From Deltaproteobacteria bacterium (GTDB lineage Bacteria > Desulfobacterota > Desulfovibrionia > Desulfovibrionales > Desulfomicrobiaceae), in contig RZYB01000001.1 of the NCBI GenBank assembly GCA_009930495.1, positions 4,124 to 68,123 of the forward strand: 64,000 nucleotides of DNA, given 5' to 3'. A program made the position numbers and the translations under genes. The notes under the pieces are model-generated. The model was given only the letters and a program-made list of their open reading frames with translations. It made no database searches and was not told the DNA's origin. Positions 17,924 through 27,342 of this stretch are shown one piece after another. Each line of letters starts with the position of its first letter. The first letter of the stretch is position 1.

Positions 17924-19090
17924 ATGGCCATTCTCGTGGTCGATACCGAGGGCAAGGCCCTGGCGGCATTGCAACGCAAGCTGCGTGACATCGCGGAAAC
18001 GCATATCGCCCTGGGCGGCCCCATGGCCTTGCAACGCTTGGCCGAGGAAGGGCCGTTCGCCGTGGTCTGCGTCGAGTACGCCATGCCGGGCATGGACGGT
18101 GTCGAAGTCCTGGAACGTGTTCGGGAACTTTGTCCGGACGCGGTGCGCGTCTTGACGAGCCGGACGCCCATGGAGGTCCAAGATGTGGTCCGGGCCGTCA
18201 ATCAGGCCAAGATTTTTCATCTTCTTCCCAATCCATGCACCGACGGGATGCTGGCGTCCGTCATGAACGAGGCACTTGAGGTCTTTGAACGCAATGCCCT
18301 GCTGACCCGTGAAATGCGCCGTCATCATGCGATTTTCGCCAAGGCCATCCACGAAATCGTATGCTGGCTGCGAGCCGATGTCCGGGACATGATCAGCCCG
18401 GTCTTACCCCTTGTGCGGCCCCTGTGCGCCCGTCTGGAAGATCCGAATCCCATGCTGACCGAGACAGCCTTGCTCATTTCGGTCATGGGGCTGATCTGCC
18501 TCCCCAAAAATTTGCTCCACAAGGTCATCCGGGGGCAGGAACTTGACGATGAGGAACGGTTGCTTTTTTCCCGGCACCCGGAACAGGCCATGGAACTTTT
18601 CCGGCATCTGCCACAGTTGCGCGGGGTATCCGAAATTCTGGCGAGTTACGGAAGCCTGCTGAACAACACCAACGAATGCCAATATCTGGATAGGAACCAG
18701 CCCATTGGCGCCATGCTCCTGGCCCTGGTCATGGAGTACCGTCTGGCCCTGTATCGTAATACGGATCCCGTTAAAATTCTGGACGATTTATCCCGAAGCC
18801 ATGCCTGCCATCCTCCCCGGTTCCTGCGGGCGCTGGAGGAAGTCATGTTGCAGCTGGATCACAGCGAGGAAGAAGTGACGTTGGAAGCCTTGCAACCGGG
18901 CATGATCATGGCCAAGCCCGTGCTCGGGGAACGGGACGGAAAGGAAGTGGTGCTGGTGCCCGAGGGCTATGAAATCTCCCGCACGACCATTGTCTTTTTG
19001 CGCCAATCGGCGCGGCATGGGATCGTGCGGGAGCCATTGATCATCCGACGGGCAGCCCTCACTCGTCCAAAAGATAATGATACCGCTTGA
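17924..19090 (+). CDS. response-regulator-like protein: receiver + HD-GYP-like domain, both apparently degenerate
   Basis: CheY-like N-terminus (ILVVDTE...CVEYAMPGMDG...IFHLLPNPC). The central region aligns by eye to HD-GYP but lacks the HD and GYP signatures. SD GGGAGGA precedes ATG 17924. Confidence 0.75.
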   Translation: MAILVVDTEGKALAALQRKLRDIAETHIALGGPMALQRLAEEGPFAVVCVEYAMPGMDGVEVLERVRELCPDAVRVLTSRTPMEVQDVVRAVNQAKIFHLLPNPCTDGMLASVMNEALEVFERNALLTREMRRHHAIFAKAIHEIVCWLRADVRDMISPVLPLVRPLCARLEDPNPMLTETALLISVMGLICLPKNLLHKVIRGQELDDEERLLFSRHPEQAMELFRHLPQLRGVSEILASYGSLLNNTNECQYLDRNQPIGAMLLALVMEYRLALYRNTDPVKILDDLSRSHACHPPRFLRALEEVMLQLDHSEEEVTLEALQPGMIMAKPVLGERDGKEVVLVPEGYEISRTTIVFLRQSARHGIVREPLIIRRAALTRPKDNDTA

Positions 19091-19574
19091 GGGTCGCGTA
19101 CGACCATTCCAGGATTTTCTGGATTTCGGTCGTCACGGCCTCCGGATGCACCTGGCCCTGGATTTGGTCCAGGTAGTAGGAGAGCGTGGTCGAGTCCTCC
19201 TGATAAACCAAGGCGATGGCATACTGTGAGGCAATGCCTGGACGGTCCGGAAATTCCGCCTGGGTACGCACCTGGAGCACGAATTTTCGTTGTTCCACCG
19301 GAATCAGGGCGAACAGCTTGCTGGCCGTCAGTTCTTCCTTCAGTTTATAGGACAGCAAGGTTCCCGACGGGTCCGAGCCCTTGCTGACGATATCCAGGGG
19401 AAGCTTGCCCACGGCGGTTGACGAACTCCCTGGGCCAGGATCTGGCGTGGACTTGGACGGTTCCGCCGGCTTGGCCATGGCTGGCGACGCCGTGGCGTTT
19501 TGATCCACGGGGGCTGCGGCCGCCGGGGCGATCAGGAAGCAAAGGACGACAACAAGCAAGGCGAAGCGTTTCAT
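19059..19574 (-). CDS. secreted hypothetical protein
   Basis: 171 aa from ATG 19574 (SD AAGGAG). Signal peptide MKRFALLVVVLCFLIAPAAAAP. Its 3' end overlaps the convergent gene by 32 bp. Confidence 0.65.
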   Translation of the reverse strand: MKRFALLVVVLCFLIAPAAAAPVDQNATASPAMAKPAEPSKSTPDPGPGSSSTAVGKLPLDIVSKGSDPSGTLLSYKLKEELTASKLFALIPVEQRKFVLQVRTQAEFPDRPGIASQYAIALVYQEDSTTLSYYLDQIQGQVHPEAVTTEIQKILEWSYATLKRYHYLLDE

Positions 19575-19827
19575 GACGGCTCCTTGACGGTTCGGTTGGT
19601 GATGGTTCGTTGCCACATGCGTGAAATATCAAAGAGAACGTCGTCAAGGCAATGGGAAGCCCTTGGTTTGGACGGAGTCACGGTGGCATTGCACGGGCTT
19701 GTTGGATAAAAGTTTACATAATTTTCATTATGAGCATTTAGCATGGATCACAAGCACTGCCGGTAATCCCTTCGGTGCCGAGAAAACACCATTGCGCATG
19801 TCGACCACGTCCGTGATGGATGATGTT

Positions 19828-20481
19828 TCAGCGTGCCGTCGGATTTTTCCGTTCCCAATCGCGCAAAAACGCCTTGATGCCTTTGTCCGTCAGCGGATGC
19901 GCGAGCAATTGGGTCAAAATTTTATATGGGATGGTCGCGACATGCGCTCCGGCCAGGGCCGCGTCCAGGACATGCATGGGACTGCGGACACTGGCCGCGA
20001 TGATCTGGGTGGCAAATCCATAATTGCAAAAAATGGTCATGATCTGCCGGATCAGCTCCAGGCCATCGTGACCAGCGTCGTCCAGTCGTCCCAAGAACGG
20101 ACTGACGTAGCGCGCCCCGGCCTTGGCGGCCAAAAGCGCCTGGGCGGCCGAAAACACCAGGGTGACGTTGGTGTCGATATGCATGGATTTCAGGATGCGC
20201 ACGGCTTTAAGGCCTTCGGCGGTCATGGGCACCTTGACCACGACATTGGGGCCGAACTGCACCAAGTCCTTGGCCTCGCGAACCATGCCCTCGGTGTCCA
20301 GGGCAATGACCTCCAGGCTGACCGGCCCGGGGACCAGGGCGCAGATTTTTTGAGCCACGTCGCGCCAATCATCCGCCTCCTTGGCCATGAGGCTCGGATT
20401 GGTGGTCACGCCGTCAACCAGACCCATATCCAACGCCGACTTGATTTCTTCGAGATTCGCCGTATCGATGAAAAACTGCAT
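19828..20481 (-). CDS. fsa: short-type transaldolase / fructose-6-phosphate aldolase
   Basis: 217 aa from ATG 20481: [14 protein letters not shown]...GVTTNPSL...VVKVP, typical of the TalC/FSA subfamily. Confidence 0.92.
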   Translation of the reverse strand: MQFFIDTANLEEIKSALDMGLVDGVTTNPSLMAKEADDWRDVAQKICALVPGPVSLEVIALDTEGMVREAKDLVQFGPNVVVKVPMTAEGLKAVRILKSMHIDTNVTLVFSAAQALLAAKAGARYVSPFLGRLDDAGHDGLELIRQIMTIFCNYGFATQIIAASVRSPMHVLDAALAGAHVATIPYKILTQLLAHPLTDKGIKAFLRDWERKNPTAR

Positions 20482-20489
20482 GCTTTCTC

Positions 20490-20744
20490 CTAGGAACGCA
20501 TCCGCTCCAGATACTTGTCCCGACATTCATAGCTGCAAAAATAGCGCACTTCATCGCCGTCCTTGATGCGGATATCCGTGTCCTTGGACACATAGGTGCC
20601 ACAAACCGGATCCTTGACCAAAACGCCCTCCTTGGCCAATTTTTCGTCGTGGGTGTTTTTGACTTCGGCCTTTTTCTTCCGATCATTGATGAACAATTTG
20701 TACAGAAGATAGCCAGCCACGGCAAAAATGATAAATTTAAGCAT
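20490..20744 (-). CDS. membrane-anchored YHS/TRASH-type metal-binding small protein
   Basis: 84 aa. N-terminal TM ([15 protein letters not shown]). C-terminal DPVCGTYV...[11 protein letters not shown] pattern. Confidence 0.7.
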   Translation of the reverse strand: MLKFIIFAVAGYLLYKLFINDRKKKAEVKNTHDEKLAKEGVLVKDPVCGTYVSKDTDIRIKDGDEVRYFCSYECRDKYLERMRS

Positions 20745-20764
20745 AATAACCTCAAGCTAAAGAG

Positions 20765-21271
20765 TTACGCCTGCCAGATTCTGTCGCCGTCCACGGTGTG
20801 GTCCAGGCCGGACAACCACTGTTCTGGCCGCTGGCCCCGGATTAGAACGTCCGGAGCCACTTGTCGTAGCGGAACAAGCACGAAAGCCCGCTCGTGCATC
20901 CGTGGATGCGGAAGGATCAACCGGGACGAATGATATGTGATGCCATCCAAGAGCAGCAAGTCGAGATCGATTTGGCGCGGCCCCCAAACCACGGATCGGA
21001 CCCGGCCCATGCGTTGTTCTATCCTGTCCAGGGCGTCGAGAACGTCCTCGGGGGAAAAACGCGCCGAAGCCTCGATACGGACGACCATGTTCAAAAACCA
21101 ATCCTGGTCGCGTCGTCCCTGGGGCTCGGTGCGGAAGACATCCGACATCGCGGCCACGGCCATTCCTGGGGTCGCGTCCAGGGCCGCGACGGCTTGAAGC
21201 AGGTTCGCCCGGGCGTCGCCCATGTTGGAGCCCAAACCGACATACCCTATTTGCCTTTCATGATTGGACAT
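20765..21271 (-). CDS. folK: 2-amino-4-hydroxy-6-hydroxymethyldihydropteridine diphosphokinase
   Basis: YVGLGSNMGD, GPRQIDLDLLL and LILPHPRMHERAFVLVPL are HPPK signatures. Confidence 0.93.
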   Translation of the reverse strand: MSNHERQIGYVGLGSNMGDARANLLQAVAALDATPGMAVAAMSDVFRTEPQGRRDQDWFLNMVVRIEASARFSPEDVLDALDRIEQRMGRVRSVVWGPRQIDLDLLLLDGITYHSSRLILPHPRMHERAFVLVPLRQVAPDVLIRGQRPEQWLSGLDHTVDGDRIWQA

Positions 21272-21331
21272 TAAAAAAAGTTACCTTTTTCGCCTTGTGC
21301 CGGCAAGGGGCCAGATGTAGCTTCCACGCCC

Positions 21332-22225
21332 ATGTTCGACGAAATCGACACGTATCTTGAACACCTGACCGTCATCCGTGGACTGGCCGAAAACACGGTC
21401 CGGGCCTATGCCTCGGACTTGCGCTTTTTTTCCGATTTTCTGAACGAATATCACGGAACTCCGACAGAACTGACCGAGGATATTGTTCTTCTTCATCTGG
21501 GACAGTTGCGGCGCAAGGGGCTGAACAATGCGTCCCTGGCCAGGGTGCTGTCGTGCCTGCGTGGATTTTTCGAGTTTCTCGTCCAGGAAGGACGCCTTCC
21601 CGCCAACCCGGTCACCCTGCTCGACGGCCCCAAATTGGTCCGTGGATTGCCCGTGGTTCTGTCCAGGGAAGAAATACTCGCCATGCTGGCCGTTCCGGAT
21701 ACCACGGACCGCCTTGGTTTTCGGGATCGCGCCATGCTCGAGCTTCTGTACGCGGCCGGGTTGCGCGTTTCGGAGTTGATTTCCCTGACCCTGGCCGATT
21801 TCGACGCCCAGGCCGGATTGTTGCGGGTGCTGGGCAAGGGCTCCAAGGAACGCCTCGTGCCGCTTCATGACACGGCCGTGTCGTGGTTGCTGGACTACCA
21901 GCGTCACTGGCGTCCCTTGTTCGGCCCCAAGGTCGAAATCGTGTTCCTGAACCGATCCGGATTGGGGCTGTCCCGCCAGGGGGTGTGGAAGCTCATTGGC
22001 CGTTATGCGCGGGCGGCCGGGATCATTCGTCCCATTTCGCCCCACTCCCTGCGTCACTCCTTTGCCACGCACTTGCTCGAGGGCGGAGCCGATCTGCGCA
22101 CGGTCCAGATTCTGCTTGGGCACGCCGACGTCATGGCCACGGAAATCTATACCCACGTCCAATCCGATAAAATGCTCGCCATGCACCGCCAATACCATCC
22201 CCGTTCAACCCCCGACCGCCCATGA
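21332..22225 (+). CDS. xerD: site-specific tyrosine recombinase XerD
   Basis: 297 aa. N-terminal SAM-like domain and catalytic region GLRVSEL...HSLRHSFATHLLEGGADLRTVQILLGHADVMATEIYTHV. Confidence 0.92.
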   Translation: MFDEIDTYLEHLTVIRGLAENTVRAYASDLRFFSDFLNEYHGTPTELTEDIVLLHLGQLRRKGLNNASLARVLSCLRGFFEFLVQEGRLPANPVTLLDGPKLVRGLPVVLSREEILAMLAVPDTTDRLGFRDRAMLELLYAAGLRVSELISLTLADFDAQAGLLRVLGKGSKERLVPLHDTAVSWLLDYQRHWRPLFGPKVEIVFLNRSGLGLSRQGVWKLIGRYARAAGIIRPISPHSLRHSFATHLLEGGADLRTVQILLGHADVMATEIYTHVQSDKMLAMHRQYHPRSTPDRP

Positions 22226-24891
22226 CCCAACACTTGCTGACCGCCGACACGGTCATCACCTGCCACGCCAACGCCGATTTCGACGCCCTGGCCGCCATGA
22301 TCGCGGCCAGCAAGCTGTATCCCGGCTCGGTATTGGTGTTCCCCGGCACCCAGGAAAGCTCGCTCAAGGATTATTTCATCCAGAGCGCCATGTATCTGTT
22401 TAATTTCCGGAGCATCAAGGACATTGATCCCGAGACGGTGCGCCGGCTGGTCGTGGTCGACACCCGGCAGCGGTCGCGTTTGTCCCACGTGGAGGCATTG
22501 TTGGCCTTGCCCGGTCTGGAAATCCATATCTATGACCATCATCCCCCGACCGAGGACGCGCTCACGGCCACGCGCCTGGATTTTGAACCCTGGGGCGCGA
22601 CCACGTCCATCATCGTGGCCCGGCTGCGGTCCGCCGGACTGAGCGTGACCGGGGACGAGGCCACCATTCTGGGCCTGGGCATTTTCGAGGACACGGGCGG
22701 GTTCACCTTTGGCTCGACCACGGAGCACGACTTCGAGGCTGCGGCCTGGCTCAAGACCATGGGCATGGATCTGGACGTCATTCGGGACATCATGAGCCGG
22801 GAGCTGTCATCGGAACAGGTCGCCATCCTGTCCGAGTTGATCGCCGCCGCCACCACCCACACCATCAACGGCGTGAATGTTGTCCTGACCGAAGTGTCCC
22901 TGGATGCCTATGTGGCCGATTTCGCCTTGCTGACCCACAAGCTCATGGACATGGAAAATATCCGCGTGCTTTTCGCCATCGGTCGCATGGGCGACCGCGT
23001 CCAGCTCGTGGCCCGCAGTAAGATCCCGGAAGTCGATGTCGGACTGATCTGCTCCTCGTTTGGTGGCGGCGGGCACCCCTACGCCGCGTCGGCGTCCATC
23101 AAGGACCGCACCAATTCTCAAGTAAAGGATGAAATTTTCGCCCTGCTCTACTCCCACATCAATCCGCAACTGCGGGTCGAAGCCTTCATGTCCGCGCCCG
23201 TGGTTCATGTCCAGGCGACTCAGACCGTGGCCCAGGCCGCGGAAATCATGACCCGATACGGGTTCAAGGCGTTGCCGGTGCTGGACAATGGCCAGGCCAG
23301 GGGCATCATCGAAAACAGTGTCGCCGAAAAGGCCGTCGGCCATGGCTTGGGCGAGGAATCGGTCGTGGAATACATGCTGGAGGATTTTTTGGCCGTGACC
23401 GAGGACCAGGATCTGTACGAGGTCATCGAAATCATCCTTGGCCGGCGGCAGCGCTTGGTGCCGGTGTTGCGCGGCACGGAGCTGGTTGGGGTCATCACGC
23501 GCACGGATTTGATCAATATCCTGATCCAGGAGCCGGCGCGTATTCCCGAAGGCTATCTCTCGGACAAACGCCAGGAGCGCAATATCCGCCAGCTTCTGCA
23601 TGAACGCCTACCCCGGCCCGTGCTCGACCTGCTGCACTTGGCCGGCACGATCGGCCGCGATCTGGGCTCGCCGGTCTATGCCGTGGGCGGTTTCGTGCGT
23701 GATATTTTACTGGCCATTCCCAATGACGACATCGATCTCGTGGTCGAAGGCGACGGTATTGTTTTCGCCCATGCCCTGGGGCAGCGCCTGGATGCCCGAG
23801 TCCGGCCGCATTTGAAATTCCGCACGGCGGTGCTGATCCTGCCCTCGGGTCAGAAGATCGACGTGGCCACGGCCCGGCTGGAATATTACGAATATCCGGC
23901 CGCCCTGCCCGTGGTGGAGCTTTCTTCCTTGAAAATGGACCTGTATCGTCGCGATTTTTCCATCAACACGCTGGCCATCCATCTCGCCCCGGACCGTTTT
24001 GGCAAGCTGGTCGACTTCTTTGGCGGCCAGCAGGACATCAAGGATGGCATCATCCGCGTGCTCCATTCCCTGTCCTTCGTGGACGATCCCACGCGCATCA
24101 TCCGCGCCATCCGCTTCGAGCAACGTTTCCAGTTCAAAATCGGAACCCAGACCGAACGGCTGATCAAAAACGCGGTGCGTCTGAACCTGTTCCAACGCCT
24201 GTCCGGAACGCGCATTCGCCACGAGCTGTGTCTCCTGGCCGAAGATAGCGCCCCCGTGGACGGCTTCGTGCGCATGCGCGATCTGGGCCTTTTCCAGGAG
24301 ATTCACCCCCTGCTCCACTTCCCGCCGTCCAAGGAGGCCCTGCTGGAAGAAATCGAGCGGGTCGTGACGTGGTACAAACTGCTCTTCCGACCGGAAATTC
24401 CGGACGTCTGGACCATTTATTTCCTGGGATTGATCACCGGATTCGATACCCACCAGGTCGAGGCCCTGATGCAGCGCCTGCAGTTTCCGGCGAAACAGGC
24501 GGAAATAATCGAGCTTACCCGGCGTCAGCTGCGCTTCGTGGCCATGCAACTGGCCCAGTGGGAAAAAAACACGGGCAGTCAGGCCGATCTGGTGGAGATA
24601 CTGGTCCATCTGTCCTTGGAGGGGCTGCTTTACATCATGGCCAAGCAACGCAAGCAGGAGCTCAAAAAAGCCATCTCCCTTTACCTGACCCGCCTTCGGG
24701 ATATTACCCCGTCCATTTCCGGTCGCGATCTGGTGGGCATGGGCCTGGCGCCGGGTCCCCGGTTCACGACCATCCTGCAGTCCGTGAAACGGGCCTTGCT
24801 CAACGACGAGGTCCGCACCCGGGACGAGCAGTTGCGACTGGCCCGACGGCTGGCCGGGTCCGTCCGGCCCGGACCGGGCGCCCATTCTTGA
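22222..24891 (+). CDS. DHH-DHHA1 phosphoesterase / tandem CBS / class II tRNA nucleotidyltransferase (CCA- or A-adding type) fusion protein
   Basis: DHH motifs CHANADFDALAAM, VVVDT and IYDHHPP. DHHA1 motif GGGHPYAA. CBS pair around aa 315-440. NTase head AVGGFVRDILL..DDIDLVVEG and RRDFSINTLA. ATGA overlap with the xerD stop. Confidence 0.9.
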   Translation: MTQHLLTADTVITCHANADFDALAAMIAASKLYPGSVLVFPGTQESSLKDYFIQSAMYLFNFRSIKDIDPETVRRLVVVDTRQRSRLSHVEALLALPGLEIHIYDHHPPTEDALTATRLDFEPWGATTSIIVARLRSAGLSVTGDEATILGLGIFEDTGGFTFGSTTEHDFEAAAWLKTMGMDLDVIRDIMSRELSSEQVAILSELIAAATTHTINGVNVVLTEVSLDAYVADFALLTHKLMDMENIRVLFAIGRMGDRVQLVARSKIPEVDVGLICSSFGGGGHPYAASASIKDRTNSQVKDEIFALLYSHINPQLRVEAFMSAPVVHVQATQTVAQAAEIMTRYGFKALPVLDNGQARGIIENSVAEKAVGHGLGEESVVEYMLEDFLAVTEDQDLYEVIEIILGRRQRLVPVLRGTELVGVITRTDLINILIQEPARIPEGYLSDKRQERNIRQLLHERLPRPVLDLLHLAGTIGRDLGSPVYAVGGFVRDILLAIPNDDIDLVVEGDGIVFAHALGQRLDARVRPHLKFRTAVLILPSGQKIDVATARLEYYEYPAALPVVELSSLKMDLYRRDFSINTLAIHLAPDRFGKLVDFFGGQQDIKDGIIRVLHSLSFVDDPTRIIRAIRFEQRFQFKIGTQTERLIKNAVRLNLFQRLSGTRIRHELCLLAEDSAPVDGFVRMRDLGLFQEIHPLLHFPPSKEALLEEIERVVTWYKLLFRPEIPDVWTIYFLGLITGFDTHQVEALMQRLQFPAKQAEIIELTRRQLRFVAMQLAQWEKNTGSQADLVEILVHLSLEGLLYIMAKQRKQELKKAISLYLTRLRDITPSISGRDLVGMGLAPGPRFTTILQSVKRALLNDEVRTRDEQLRLARRLAGSVRPGPGAHS

Positions 24892-24982
24892 CCTTACCAG
24901 GGCAATTCTTTAACCATTTCCTGTCTTTTTGTCTGTAGGACATTTTTTGGAGACTTCATCATCTTACTGGTTTGGAGGACGT

Positions 24983-25726
24983 ATGTGCAAAAAATTCATG
25001 CTGATCGTGCTGGCGCTGGGCTGTCTGGCCGGCAACGCCCTGGCCAAGGACGTCGTGTTTGCCGTGGATGCCACCTATCCGCCCATGGAAATGATCGACG
25101 GAAACAAGAACATCGTCGGTTTCTGCCCGGAGTTGGTCATGGCCATCGGCAAGGCCGCCGGCTTCACGCCAGTGCTCAAGAACACCGCCTGGGATGGAAT
25201 TTTCGCGGGTCTGTCCTCGGGTAAGTACGACGCCATCGCCTCTTCGGTTTCCATCACTCCGGAGCGCAAGCAGACCATGGATTTCACGGACCCCTACTTC
25301 GAGGTCCAGCAAGGCGTGGTCGTGCCCAAGGGCGTGGCCGTGAACGCCCTGACCGATCTGTCCGGCAAGAAAGTTGCCTCGCAGATGGGTACAACCGGTT
25401 ATTTTCTCTGCAAAAAGATCGAAGGCGCCCAGGCCAAGCCGTATGACGAAATTGGTCTGGCCATGGAAGACCTATACAATGGCCGTGTCGATGCCGTCAT
25501 CGCCGACGCTCCCGTTGCTTCCGACTATGCCTTGCAGAACGAGCAGTATTCCAAAAAATTGACTTTGGCCTTCATGGTCCCGTCCGAAACTCCCGAGTAT
25601 CTGGGATTTGCCGTGAACAAGGGCAACACCGAAATCGCCGAACTGATCAACAAGGGCCTGGCCGGAATCAAGGCCAATGGCGAATACGACGTCATTTACA
25701 ATAAATGGTTCGGAACCAAAAAATAA
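24983..25726 (+). CDS. polar amino acid ABC transporter substrate-binding protein
   Basis: 247 aa from ATG 24983. Signal peptide MCKKFMLIVLALGCLAGNALA. SBP_bac_3-like pattern (DATYPPMEM, ITPERKQTMDFTDPY). Confidence 0.9.
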   Translation: MCKKFMLIVLALGCLAGNALAKDVVFAVDATYPPMEMIDGNKNIVGFCPELVMAIGKAAGFTPVLKNTAWDGIFAGLSSGKYDAIASSVSITPERKQTMDFTDPYFEVQQGVVVPKGVAVNALTDLSGKKVASQMGTTGYFLCKKIEGAQAKPYDEIGLAMEDLYNGRVDAVIADAPVASDYALQNEQYSKKLTLAFMVPSETPEYLGFAVNKGNTEIAELINKGLAGIKANGEYDVIYNKWFGTKK

Positions 25727-25741
25727 CCAGTCATAACCATG

Positions 25742-25775
25742 AGCCGGGGTGTCAAAAGCCCCGGTTTTATTTTTT
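25742..25775 (+). terminator. intra-operon hairpin + T-tract (partial terminator/attenuator) after the SBP gene
   Basis: CCGGGG (25744-25749) pairs with CCCCGG (25759-25764) and is followed by TTTTATTTTTT. It lies between the SBP stop (25726) and the permease ATG (25800). Confidence 0.6.
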
Positions 25776-25799
25776 CACGCGACCATCACAAGGCCAGCC

Positions 25800-26606
25800 A
25801 TGACCCAAAAAATTTCCAAAAAAGAAGTCAAGATCGATATTGGCGACGGCGCCGCCATCCCGCTCAAAAAGGATTCCGGACTGTTCAACGCCTGGTGGCT
25901 GACATTCTTCGGCGCCATCGCGATCATTGTTTATCTGTGCACGACCAGACCCGAGCCATATTGGCGCATCCTGACCTTTCTCCCCGATGGGGTCCTGGTC
26001 ACCTTTCAGGTCACGGTCCTGTCCATTCTCCTGTCCCTGGTGCTGGGGCTCATCACCGGCCTTGGCCGGCTGTCCCGCAACAGGGTCATCAACCTGATCG
26101 CCTCGACCTATGTGGAAGTGATCCGGGGAATCCCCCTCCTGGTGCAGCTTTTCTATATTTATTATGCCCTGGGCCGGATGGATATTTTCAAGAATCTTCC
26201 CCCCCTGGCCGCGGCGGTCATCGCCATGGGCATTTGTTACGGGGCCTACATGGGCGAAGTTTTTCGGGCGGGCATCGACTCCATCGACAAGGGGCAGGCC
26301 GAAGCCGCGCGTTCCCTGGGGTTCAATCGGACCCAGACCATGCTGTTGGTCATCCTGCCCCAGGCCTGGCGAACCATCCTGCCCCCCGTGGGCAACGAAT
26401 TCATCGCCTTGCTCAAGGACAGCTCCCTGGTGTCCATTCTGGCGGTCTCGGATCTGCTCCGCCGGGGGCGCGAATTCGCCAGCGAGTCCTTTCTTTATTT
26501 CGAGGCCTACACCATGGTGGCCCTGGTTTATCTGGTCATCACGCTTTTCCTGTCCAAGGCTGTCAGCCGAATGGAGCATAGGTTGAATTATTATGAGCGC
26601 GACTAA
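25800..26606 (+). CDS. polar amino acid ABC transporter permease
   Basis: 268 aa from ATG 25800. HisM/GlnP-type EAA loop ([25 protein letters not shown]). The longer GTG 25749 start would run through the hairpin/T-tract. Confidence 0.88.
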   Translation: MTQKISKKEVKIDIGDGAAIPLKKDSGLFNAWWLTFFGAIAIIVYLCTTRPEPYWRILTFLPDGVLVTFQVTVLSILLSLVLGLITGLGRLSRNRVINLIASTYVEVIRGIPLLVQLFYIYYALGRMDIFKNLPPLAAAVIAMGICYGAYMGEVFRAGIDSIDKGQAEAARSLGFNRTQTMLLVILPQAWRTILPPVGNEFIALLKDSSLVSILAVSDLLRRGREFASESFLYFEAYTMVALVYLVITLFLSKAVSRMEHRLNYYERD

Positions 26607-27333
26607 TCCCATTATCGAAATCAAGAACGTCTACAAATTCTACGGTCAGCTGCAGGCCCTCAACGACGTCAGCCTGAGCATCGAGCCCGGGGAAAAGGTG
26701 GTTATCATTGGTCCCAGCGGCTCGGGCAAATCCACCTTGTTGCGCTCCATCAACCGTCTGGAAACCATCGACAGCGGGTCGATCGTCGTTGACGGCCAGG
26801 ACGTGAATTCTCCCGACAACAACATCAATGTCATCCGCCAGGAACTGGGCATGGTTTTTCAGAGCTTCAACCTTTTTCCGCACAAGACCGTGCTCGGCAA
26901 CCTGACCATGGCTCCGATGAAACTCAAAAAAGTGCCGGAGTTGGAAGCCAAGAAACAGGCCCTGAATCTCCTGGCCAAGGTTGGCATCCGGGACAAGGCC
27001 GAAGTTTACCCGTCCATGCTCTCCGGCGGGCAACAACAGCGCGTGGCCATTGCCCGGGCCTTGGCCATGAACCCGAAAATCATGCTTTTCGACGAGCCGA
27101 CCTCGGCCCTTGATCCGGAAATGATCGGCGAGGTGCTGGACGTCATGGTCACGCTGGCCAGGGAAGGCATGACCATGGTCGTCGTCACCCACGAGATGGG
27201 TTTTGCCCGCGAGGTGGCGGACAGGGTTATTTTCATGGATCATGGCCAGATCGTGGAAACGGGCTCGCCCGAACATTTCTTCACCAATCCCGAACAACCG
27301 CGCACCCAGAAATTCCTGAGCCAGATTTTGTAG
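26593..27333 (+). CDS. polar amino acid ABC transporter ATP-binding protein
   Basis: Walker [10 protein letters not shown], signature [15 protein letters not shown], Walker [12 protein letters not shown]. Confidence 0.95.
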   Translation: MSATNPIIEIKNVYKFYGQLQALNDVSLSIEPGEKVVIIGPSGSGKSTLLRSINRLETIDSGSIVVDGQDVNSPDNNINVIRQELGMVFQSFNLFPHKTVLGNLTMAPMKLKKVPELEAKKQALNLLAKVGIRDKAEVYPSMLSGGQQQRVAIARALAMNPKIMLFDEPTSALDPEMIGEVLDVMVTLAREGMTMVVVTHEMGFAREVADRVIFMDHGQIVETGSPEHFFTNPEQPRTQKFLSQIL

Positions 27334-27342
27334 GACATCACC

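Noticed and set aside
21332-22225. Tyrosine recombinase as a marker of an integrated mobile element
   Set aside because: The sequence and size fit housekeeping XerD. The flanks are folK and a tRNA-nucleotidyltransferase-type gene. I see no att-like repeats, tRNA gene, phage or plasmid genes, or compositional shift.
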